Assembly (NCBI RefSeq): GCF_009914755.1 | Contig: NC_060926.1 | DNA: 64,000 bases | Reading direction: 5' to 3' (one strand) | From: the human T2T-CHM13v2.0 reference genome, Homo sapiens | In this document: one piece after another, positions 53,975 through 64,000 of the stretch | How positions within the stretch are numbered: position 1 is the stretch's first letter | How the letters are laid out: the number at the start of each line of letters is the position of its first letter | Position numbers and translations under genes: made by a program | The notes under the pieces: generated by a model | What the model saw: only the letters and a program-made list of their open reading frames with translations | Told to the model about the DNA's origin: nothing | Databases searched by the model: none

Positions 53975-55784
53975 GTAAGGAGATGCTTGGACAATCCTGC
54001 AGCTGCAGCTCTGGGATATACCAGGCCATCTGTCCTAGGATGAGGCCTCATTCACCTAGAAGAGGCTTGATAAGACTGTAGCTAAGAGAGTGCAGTACAG
54101 GTATAGAACATTCCAATTCAATAAGAAAACGTGTGATTTATCATGAGGCAATAAAATACATACATAAGAATCTTTAGATTGTATCTCCATTATAATATCT
54201 ACTAGATATCTGTTACAGCTCAAATGCGAATAAAATGGGTATAATTTTATGACATTCCGGTCTGCTGTCTTGTGTCAAAAAAAGGAAGACAAATTGAGGC
54301 AGAGGAACTGTGAACAGCTCTGCTCATAGACCTTAATTATAGACACTATTCTATTTGCGCTTCCTAAAAACAGGAGGCATCTGCACTTTTGGTCATACAA
54401 TTGAAAGAGTTAAAAAGAGAGAGAAATAAAGGAAGAGAATAAGCTCATTAACAGACCACTAAGAAACACGAGAGAGTAATTTATTTCTTGATTTTATATT
54501 GAGTAGGAATAAATAAATTTTACTGAAAAAAATTTTTGAGTCAGTCTACCTTTTAGAGTTCTGATAATTTCACCTTCATTATCTAAGGAAAAAAAAGTCT
54601 CTAGTTAATTTGGGACCTAATAAAGAGAAAAATTTTCTAAAAAATAGGCTTCATATACACTTTTAATAGAAGAATGGTCTTTCTCTATCTGAAAAGGCCA
54701 TCATCACCATTTTATGATGCAAACCTAAGAAGGAAAAAGGGATAATGGGAATAATCTCTGAAAAAGATAAGCTGAATGCTTAAAATGACTCTTGTTGCAA
54801 ATAACTTATGAGCATATTCTCTCCTATTTTTTTTCTGAAACATAACAAAATCTTATTTTCTAAAATGTAAACACCAGATTTTGAAGCATAAATGAGAGAA
54901 AATTGTTCAAAAAAATTTGTTCTTTCCTGAACAAATATCTTTCAGCATTTTATAAAACAAAGCTTTGAAAAGATAAGCATTAAAAAAAACCATTTTCTCC
55001 TGGATTGAACGCATAATATAAAGAAGTACATTTTTACTTCTGCCATGTGTAAGAAACACTTTTTTCCCCAAATTGTTCAATGGCATGACAAAACTCCATT
55101 TGTGTATGAATATATAAAATAGAAGCATCTAATAAACTCAAATAACCATCAGTGATTTATTAGGAAGGACTTATTGCTTAGATGTTTTAGATATGAATTT
55201 GTCCTTCTATTATTCTATTATCCAAATTTTCAATTAATCATTTGTCAGTTTTATAGTTTTTTACTTATTTAGAAATGTAATAGGTTGTTTATGGCAGCAA
55301 AACAACAACTCTGTAACAGAACCATTCACAATTATAATATAAAGACACTGTAATGTATTTTTGAAATATAATTGTGGAAAATGAAATCAACTGCAAAATA
55401 AACAGAAGACAATATGTGAAAAAGCAGACAGCCTTGGAAATCTTATACAAAAGCAATTATTTACTCTATATGGGTAACACAGAGGGACTTTGCTTTTATT
55501 GACAGCCATGACAACTATATGCCTAGCATACTTGTTGAAGTCTCTAGATCCTGTGACTTTCTGGTGGAAAAGTCCAGAAACTCTCAAGAAGGTACCTCTA
55601 TGATGTGGGGGCAGCAGCTAAAAGGTGAAAAAGAAAAAGTCAGACAGAAGAATTGCTGGTGTGTGGTGTGTATTTCTACTAAAATTTACGTAGAGCCCAT
55701 TCTAAATTAGACCAATTTTTAAACACATGGATTTTTTATGATGTTGTAAATTCTGCATGGTTGAGGCCCTTGAAGAGTCATACA

Positions 55785-55950
55785 GGTGTGTTTGTGTGTG
55801 TGGGTGCATATACACATACACACATATATATACACACACATATATATATATACATGCACCTTTGTGCATGTGTGTACACATATATGTGTGTACACATGCT
55901 GACTCATAACATAATTCACTATTACAGGATCCATATCTATATATATATCA
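55785..55950. repeat. Mixed (TG)/(CA)/(TA) alternating purine-pyrimidine tract
   Basis: Direct reading. Confidence 0.9.
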
Positions 55951-57009
55951 ATGAAAAGGAACCAGTATTGAATTTCCCCTTTATTTCTCCATTGGGCTTT
56001 GTTGTCTCTCAGGCAAGACGGACAGATGTCACCATGAAAATAATGAAAAAATCCACTGGACCTAACTTTCAGGGATGACTGCTCATGTCCAAGTTCTAGG
56101 GCATGGCTTCACTATGAAAGACCCCTATTTTATAAAGTGGCTGATTGAATTCATTTCCAAGGGTAGTGTCCTTGCATTGTAGAATAGTAGTATAAATTTA
56201 GTTTAGAATGAATCAGAGACATTGCTTTGACTTCTAGGCAGATGTGGTTTGTAATAAGAAACATGTTAACTATGAATTTTAATTTATTTGAAAGTGGCAT
56301 AATTTGATATTTGTACCTTGTTCCTCGAAGACTAATAGATTTAGAGGTAAATAAATGAGGTTGAGAGATGTGTCACAACTTAGGGGAGTTTGCAGTGGGC
56401 GCTTGCCAGAGATAGATGTAGAGGGATTTGCATTCAAAATGTAGATGGCTGGCATAATGTAAGCTATGATAAATGGCATGCATTGATTTAATGACCACAT
56501 CCTTGCTCTTATCAATTTTCCTCTAACCCTGTGATTAAGTTAGGAAACACATTCTGATGACCCTTGGTAGAGGTTTTCTCTGACATTATTTGAACTCTTT
56601 CAACTTTAATAGTTTTTTCCCCCTGTTGTTGCCACAGACATTATGAGATCTGCTTGAGGGTAGAAATATCTAGTCATTACTCAATCTGCTAAAAATATAT
56701 TATAAAGAGGAGTGGGAAAAGGAAAAACCTTCATCGTTTGAGAGTGGCTGGAGTTTGACCCAGTTGCCTTCGAAGAATGGAAGATCTTCCCTTAGGAGAG
56801 AACTTCATTTAGAAAAACATCCTTTCAAGTATGAAGAAGCTGTGCCTTAGAGCATTATGCACAGAAAAAAAAAGAAGAAAAAGAATAATTAAAGAAAGAA
56901 AGATTTTATTCACCAAAAGGAGGAAATCGTGTGCAAGTTTTGGCTGGCAGGCCAAAGGACTGGAGGATTCAGGAATTAGAATGAGGAAGGTTTGGTGAAA
57001 GATCTACAA

Positions 57010-57181
57010 TGGTAATTTTAAACCTGACTGCATATTGAAATTAACAAGAGGAACTTTAAAAGAATACCTCTTGGTTCCACTTCCCAAAGATTCTCATTCA
57101 TTTAATATGAGTGGTCTTGCATAACAATATTTTTATAAAGCATTTTCAGTGACTCCAATTCTCGCCCAGGAGAGAATCACT
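57010..57181. mobile_element. MER5B-like MITE
   Basis: tggtaattttaaacctgactgcatattgaaatt...gagaatcact. Confidence 0.6.
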
Positions 57182-57659
57182 AGAGAGAAGGTGTCCATGT
57201 CTGTCCCAGGATGGGTTTTACGGGGAAGATGGATAGTAAGATAATGTCAAGAGTGGAAATAGGAGCTTGATAATATTTAAACTTGAATTATTTCTGTTCT
57301 AGTTATTTCATCCTTACTCTGTGCTAATGTCCTTACTTTGGTGAACTGTGTCACACGTACCCATCTTGGACTGATGGGATTTTGGGGAATGGGAATGAGG
57401 ATCCAGTCCTGGTGAGAAGAGGTGCCCAAAAGAGTAGCAATAGCCAAAAATGAAACAAGAATCTGCAGAGGTCAGCTATTAGGAACAAGAGCTAATCAGA
57501 AGAATGCGGTCTGCTTGATATGCCTCAGGAATGTTGTTAGGGTTCTGGACATCCCACTAAATGTGGCATGGGGTCTCAGGATTTATTATTTGGAAACAAT
57601 TATCTCAAGGGGCTAGAGGAATTGGAGTTCACCTCTTGATTGTGTCAAAATTCATGGGA

Positions 57660-57920
57660 TATGTGCACTTCAAAATATGTTAGGAGGGTAGATCTCACTT
57701 CAAGTGTTCTATGTACCTGTATATACATACACACATACATACACCTCCAAAACAAAAACAAAAATGAAAGAGCACAAGGAAACTTTAGGAAGTGTTGGAT
57801 ATATCTATTTTGTTGATTGTGGTGATGATAGTATGTGTGTCTGCTTATGTCCAAACTCATTACCTTTGAAATTAAGTATGTGCGTCCTTTGTATATCAAT
57901 TATGCCTCCACAAAGCTGAT
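57660..57920 (+). mobile_element. L1MB 3' end
   Basis: gggtagatctca...cacaaggaaactttaggaagtg...tgattgtggtgatg...atcaattatgcctc. Confidence 0.8.
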
Positions 57921-58813
57921 AACAGTCAATTTGTGTTTAATAAAAATTTTATGTACCTGTTCAATGAGATTAGTAACCACCTTGACTAATCCTTGTTTTA
58001 AATCCAAACTTCCACCTTTTTAATAGCCATGTGATCTTGAGCAGGCTAATTCTTCTCAGTTTTCATGTGTTACACGGGGATAAATTGTGCATTTCAGGTT
58101 AGACATGATGTCTGTCTGTAGGGCAAGTATGTTTCCGAAATTAAAATTTTGCCCAGCAGTTTTCTTTTTAGAAATTTGTCTCAAGGAAATAAGCACTTAG
58201 GTATGCAAAGATATATGCATAATGAAGTTAATGATGCATTGTTTATTACAGCAACTAATGAGAACTATTAATATTTTAAATGCTCAATAGAAGACATGTT
58301 AAACAAATTGTATGTCAACATAATGAAATGCTCTGTATTTATGAATAACTGTGCACATTCATATTTACTGACAAAATTTCCATGTTACTTCCCATGTTGT
58401 TGTTAAATGAAAAAGGTTTATGAAATAGTTCAATCCCTTGTGTGTGTGAGTGGGTGGGTGTGTATGTATACGCATGTATACAGAAAACTATCAGGAGGAT
58501 ATATACAGAAATTAAAATCTAATCATTTGTCAGTTTTATATCATTTTTCTTTTTTTAATTTCACAGTTTATTTAAGGCAGCAGAACAACAACTCGGCAAC
58601 AAACTATTCCGAAATAAATTAAAACACAATAAGTTGGCAGTGTATTTTATGAAATGTGATTGTGGAAGATGTGAGTTTCTCCGGGTCATAAAATTTTGAT
58701 GAGTTAGTTTTCTTCTTCATTTGTTTTATATTGTCTGTTTTTAAAAACAATGAGCATGACTGTCTATTATTTTTATAATCAAAAGAAACGCTGACGTATT
58801 TCTATTTAGAAAC

Positions 58814-58848
58814 TATATATATATATACACACAGACACACACATATAA

Positions 58849-58888
<40 letters not shown>
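58814..58888. repeat. (TA)n/(CA)n compound microsatellite
   Basis: Direct reading. Confidence 0.95.
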
Positions 58889-59984
58889 CCATCCAATAAA
58901 TACCTGGCAAGACACCAGACTTCTCAATATATATTTTTGTTATTATTATCATACCTAACTAGTGAATACAAGATAATTTAACATCCTGACTATCAATACA
59001 TACAAGTAATGATGTTGACACAGCGCATGGATTTTAAGGCTGTGCTGGCAATTTTTATTATAGCTAAATTTATGACAGCTTTTAGTCATAAAATTTAAAT
59101 AAATGGGTATCATTTGAGTAGTATGAATATGTATTTGTATTTCTTTCGTCTAGAAAAATAATATAAAATTTTGATTTTTACTGTACTGAAAACGGCATAG
59201 TTAAGGTTCCAAATCATCTTTATATTTTCCAATAAATAATAAATTTTCATGAGGAATCATAATAATAAAATTCTCTGACAGCATTGTAAAGGGTTGGTGT
59301 CATGGTTCCAGTGCGCTCAGTCATGAGATAATTCGAGATTACAAGTCCTGCACATAGTGTCGGTAGCCCCTGTGTTGCCTTTCTATGTTTGAGCTCCACG
59401 TGTACTTACTGAAGAAACCAACCTACCAAAAGAAAACGGCCTCCTTGTGCTCATCCGACAGTTGCCACAAACTTTGGAAAATGCATGAGAGGGGCGGTTA
59501 TGAGGAATGGTAGCTTCTTAACTGTGTGAAGGCTAAGGCTGAAGAGGGATGAATCTCAGAGAGTGGCTGGCTGCACCTTCATCTAGAAAGGACTTTTTTT
59601 CAGATGACTGGACTTGAAGTAGAGGTTCTGCAATCACAGTCCACTTTTCTCAAAACTGCATCTCTGGGCAGGAGGCCCAATGGCGATTCTTCTTGCATTC
59701 ATCAAAACCGTAAGAAACCAGAAAAACATGCAACATGGAATCTGTGCTGAGCCCACATGCTGTTTGCGGGTTCAGTGAACAGGTAGATTCTTGGACACTA
59801 TGTGGGAACATTTCTTCTGAGGTAGCTGATGCACTAATTTTTCATTTTAGGAGTTCTTACTTGGAATAACCAATTGAAAGCTAGCTAAGGTAATTCAGAG
59901 AATATATATGAAGGGTCTTTAAATTTTACTGCAATTATCATCTGGAAAACTTTTTATAAATACATATTTGAAAACTGCTGATTT

Positions 59985-60098
59985 TTATGGCCTAGTGAAG
60001 GCTCCCTGAATCAGCGTCTCCTGGGGTGGGGCTCAGAGGTTGTTATTTTTAATGATATTACACTGATTCTGATATAAACTCAGGTTTCAAAATCATTT
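59985..60098. mobile_element. MER5A fragment
   Basis: ctgaatcagcgtctcctggggtggggctcag...tgattctgat. Confidence 0.65.
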
Positions 60099-63059
60099 CT
60101 TTATCTCTTAGATAACTGAATTAAAAATTGGTAGAAGAATAATAAGATGGAAGGGGATGGGGGAACTGAGAAGAGAGGGTGCAAAGAGAAAAGAAAAAAT
60201 ATTGCAAAAACTCATAACGAGGAAAAGAATGAGAGATATAAATTTCAGACAGAAGGAAATATTAAGCTCTGCCACAAGCAGCTGCCAACTGTGATTTGTA
60301 CTGGTCTTGAAGAAAGGAACCAGGAGAACAATGTTTTCTAATCCACAGTGGCTGCAATTACTCTTGTATTTGTCATTTGTATACTAAAAGTAAATTAATT
60401 GTAATAAGACATTGTCACTGAATAAATGTCTCCTGCTTGGAAAATCAGTGCTTCCGCTTTGCCCCCTTCCTTTATGTTCTGGCAGGAGAGCTGAACATTA
60501 CTGTGGGACAATGTTCTATTCTACTGACATTATCTTTTAATTATATCTCCATCAAACCCAACCTTCAAAGCCCTAAATGATGTATTTCCTAAAAAGGTTT
60601 GCCTTTAATAGGAACATGTACAATAGAAAAGCAGAAATGTTTCAAATCCATATGATTCAAAACACCATGTTAATGTTGCTGAACTCCCAATGGTGACAGC
60701 AAAAGTTATCATTTAGACTTCTATTAAACACAACCTAATTACGGTACAAAAATGCTAGGGAATAGGGAAAAACGTTTTGGGGTGGTTATAAGATGCGTAA
60801 GATATGGAAAGGTTAAATGTTAAAATGAGATAAAAATATATGCTAATATACTTTTCTAAATAAGACTAAGCAACTCGCATGTAAGAAATAAAATGTACCT
60901 ATTTTAACTTTCAAATGTTCCTTTCTGCTGTCGAAAGTTTTATTTCCTTTTCATCAAAACTCTTCCTTGAGTTCTAGGGCTACCATTGCAAACAATTCTG
61001 TTTGTTTCCTTCTTAAAAGCAAGACCCTTTCTACCCTCTGGGTCTAATTGTCTCTAGGATAAGATAATAGTTAGACTATCCTCATCTATAAAATGGGAAA
61101 ATAATTGTATCTACCATGAGAGGGCTGAGTGAGTTGATATGTATAAGGCATTTGAAACAATATGTGGCTCATTTTAAATGTTGTACAAGTGTTTCAGACA
61201 ACTATTATTAAGATTCTCCTAAAGTTTTGGAAGCTCCATAAACAATTTTTCCATTCATTTTCCCATCTTTCTTTCTATAACATTGGTTGCCTTGTAGCAA
61301 CATATTTTAAGTGTCATAACATCATATATAGTAAAAATTAACCAGTTGTCTGTTATGGCTAGTTCCAGAGATCAACAGTCTCTTGTTCTTAACATCCCCT
61401 GTTTATTTATGTCAAAAAATTTCAAGTAGAAATCCTCTTATATTCTTCAGTATAGAAGATTAAAGATAGCAACAGAAAACCAAGAGACGAGAAAATGGCT
61501 TGAGAGGGAAAGAAAGAAAATGTATCTGTACTGAAAGAAGGGATACCCTCTTCTAAGGTGGAGACATCATGGGGTCTCAGAGACTGAGGAGGAGCCTTTT
61601 CCTTCACATCAGCAAAATTAACCGTGTCGACAATGCCAAACAGTGACAGTTGTTGCAACTAAACCATTTTCTTCTTTCAGAAGTTGTAGAGTTTCTTTAG
61701 ATTCTCCTCTATTCATCCCCTGTGTTTTTGTCTTCTTTGCTGTCCTGTACAGACTGCCCCCCATACTACCCCCTTTGATAATCTTATCTTACTATCTATA
61801 GTACCTATCGAATTCTTTCTTCCGTAGTTGTTGATATATCAAATAACACATTATTTGTGTTAAAGTTCGGTCAGAATATCCACAATTGTGTGTCCGAAAT
61901 ACAGAATAACTCTTTCTGAGTAACACCCATTTATTTCCAAATAATGTTTGCCTAGCTTCTTTCTGTTTTTTTTTTCATTAAAAAATTAACACCCTACTGT
62001 GATTGATATTTTACCTTCTTTTGCCATGCTTTCCCCCTCCCATCTGACTGCTAAAATTTATGTTAATTTTATTTTCATCATTTTAAATGTCATTTGTCTT
62101 CTCAAAAGAACATCCTCTTTACTTAATGGCATCAGTTAGGAAAAAGAAAGGTAAGTAATATATATGCATCGCAGAGACAGATACGGAGTGAAAGGAGTGA
62201 ACATATAATTTTAAAGGAGTGACTGCAACTGAACTGAAAGCTCCCTACACGTCCATGAAAAGAACAAGTGATTTTTTTCATCACGAATCAAGACAGTACT
62301 GAATGTATGACTTTTAATTCAGCATCTGTATTTCTAAAGTCACCATAATTATAAGCCAGAAACACTTCCAGATATTTATGAAACAAATAAAATGAACAAA
62401 TTGTCTTCAAAGTATCCAATGAAAGAGGGCTTGAAGCTATGTGAAGAATAATTACTCAAAGCACTAGGTCCATCTTTACCATGGCATTAATGCCAGGATC
62501 CATCTACAACATATTGTGTGGGGGCAGCTTCTTGATTCCCCATTTTGCCCGGCATGTCCTATCACCTGACAATCAATAAGTTCACAATTCATACCTTAGA
62601 TATATTTTCACATATTTCCCTTCCCATATATGTATTAACACTTTCAAATAATCGGAATCCTTCCCTTTTTCTTTTTCGTAAGTCAATCAGTATTAACAGC
62701 CCTCTTCTTCTGTTAGTCATAATAACAGAAAATATAAATGAGATGACAAAAAATATAAATGGCTCCTACTGGAGATAATAATAAACAGGAAATCTTGAGC
62801 TAACATTCAGTTTTGACTATGCAAAAATCCAAGTTTGCACACTGTCCACACAGCCTATTAAAAGGGGATTATGCAGATAATCATCATTTCCTGGTCTACC
62901 CAAATTCAATCTTGATATTTAGGCTGTGCTATTTGTGACATTTTATAAACCCCTATTTTCTGATTATATATTTAATGTGGGCTTATGTACAAAACTGTTG
63001 TTGAATCCTTTGTCTTGTGTATTCTCTAAGGTTTATTATATAAAAAACTATTTGATTAA

Positions 63060-63270
63060 TGTTTAAAACCACTTATTCATTTATTATCCATTTAAGCAAC
63101 ACATATTTGAAAACCCAGGTGGCACATGTTCCTTAGACAGTGGGTAACTAGGAAACAAAAGAGGGAGAATCCTTCCTCTAATCAATCTTACAATCCAGTA
63201 GGAAAGAGAGTCAACCAAGTAGTGAACAAATAAATAAGAGCAGTAAAAATATTTATCTCACTTGATATGT
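63060..63270 (-). mobile_element. L2 3' end
   Basis: attcattt...caacacatatttga...caatcttacaatccagtagg. Confidence 0.6.
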
Positions 63271-63439
63271 TCTATCAAACTTCCCTTTCATCAGGTAGTA
63301 AGAATTACATGGTTTATTGTATTATTTATTTTATATGTAACTTTATTTCATATTTATATTTAAAATTTATATGATTCAATATTATGTAATATCATAATTA
63401 TATTAATTAAAGGCCTTCAAGAGGAAGAATGACATAAAA

Positions 63440-63620
63440 ACAGAAAGGGTTGGGTATCAAAAGATCTGAGTTTAACTTTCACATCTTCAGTTTTACTTGT
63501 GAGATCTCTGTGTTAAACCTCTGGGTTCTCATCTCAATATGAAATGAAACAACACCCGCCCTTTTTATTTTATTGTTTTCAGAAACAAATAATATCATGT
63601 ACATGAAGGTTAACATATGT
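63440..63620 (+). mobile_element. MIR
   Basis: tcaaaagatctgagttt...aacctctgggttctcatct. Confidence 0.55.
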
Positions 63621-63623
63621 AAT

Positions 63624-63970
63624 TACTATGATCTGAATGTTTGTGTACCCCCAAACCTAATTCCCAATGTGAGGGTATTTTGAGGTGAGGCTCCTCGGAG
63701 GTGATTAGGTCTTGAAGTGGATCCCTCATGAATGTGCTTTGTGCCCTTTTTACAGAGGCCTCAGAGAACCCTTTCCTCTTTCACCATGTGAGGACACAGC
63801 AAGAAGGCACAGTCTATGAATCAGAAAGCAGGTCCTCAGCAGACACGAACCTGCCAGTGTTATGATTTTGAACTTCTCAGTCTGGAGAAATATGGGAAAT
63901 AAATTTCTGTTTTTTCATAAGCCACCTAGTTTATAGTATTTTCTTATAGAAGCCCAAATAGACCAAGACA
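63624..63970 (+). mobile_element. MLT1A0/MSTD-type MaLR solo LTR
   Basis: tactatgatctgaatgtttgtg...ccatgtgaggacacagcaagaaggc...gaccaagaca; 5-bp TSD GTAAT at 63619-63623 and 63971-63975. Confidence 0.88.
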
Positions 63971-64000
63971 GTAATCTAGAAATATAAGACATTAAGGAAT

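Noticed and set aside
62109-62156. Consensus AAG|GTAAGT donor as part of an exon
   Set aside because: The nearest acceptor (ctcaaaAG) is poor, and isolated donor matches are expected by chance in 64 kb.

Overview
This is AT-rich primate nuclear DNA, very probably human: a full-length AluYa5 with all five diagnostic substitutions sits at 27769-28091. It is not prokaryotic. I see no CRISPR array, operon, rRNA/tRNA gene, CpG island or recognisable intact protein-coding gene. The supplied ORFs are Alu-, L1-, LTR- or microsatellite-derived or chance frames, except three that are fragments of a dead Tigger1 transposase. The window is intronic or intergenic and much of it is transposon fossils: about 13 Alus (J, S, Y, Ya5), L1PA/L1MA/L1MB/L1MC/L1ME pieces, L2, MIR, solo LTRs (LTR8, LTR33, MLT1, THE1), a near full-length Tigger1, a BLACKJACK-like hAT transposase fossil and MER5/MER33 MITEs. 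The most notable observations are: several well-formed + strand exon candidates (best at 1328-1434 and 53940-53974) that may belong to a spliced, probably non-coding transcript; a twin-primed 5'-inverted L1PA4-like insertion with a perfect TSD; a young AluYa5 that may be polymorphic; a MIR>MLT1D>THE1 nest with both TSDs preserved; two templated-insertion repair scars; and two repeat-poor blocks with regulatory-looking motifs. I found no convincing previously undescribed biological system. Repeat subfamily calls come from remembered consensus sequences, not a RepeatMasker run, and boundaries of old elements are approximate. I could not identify the chromosomal locus.
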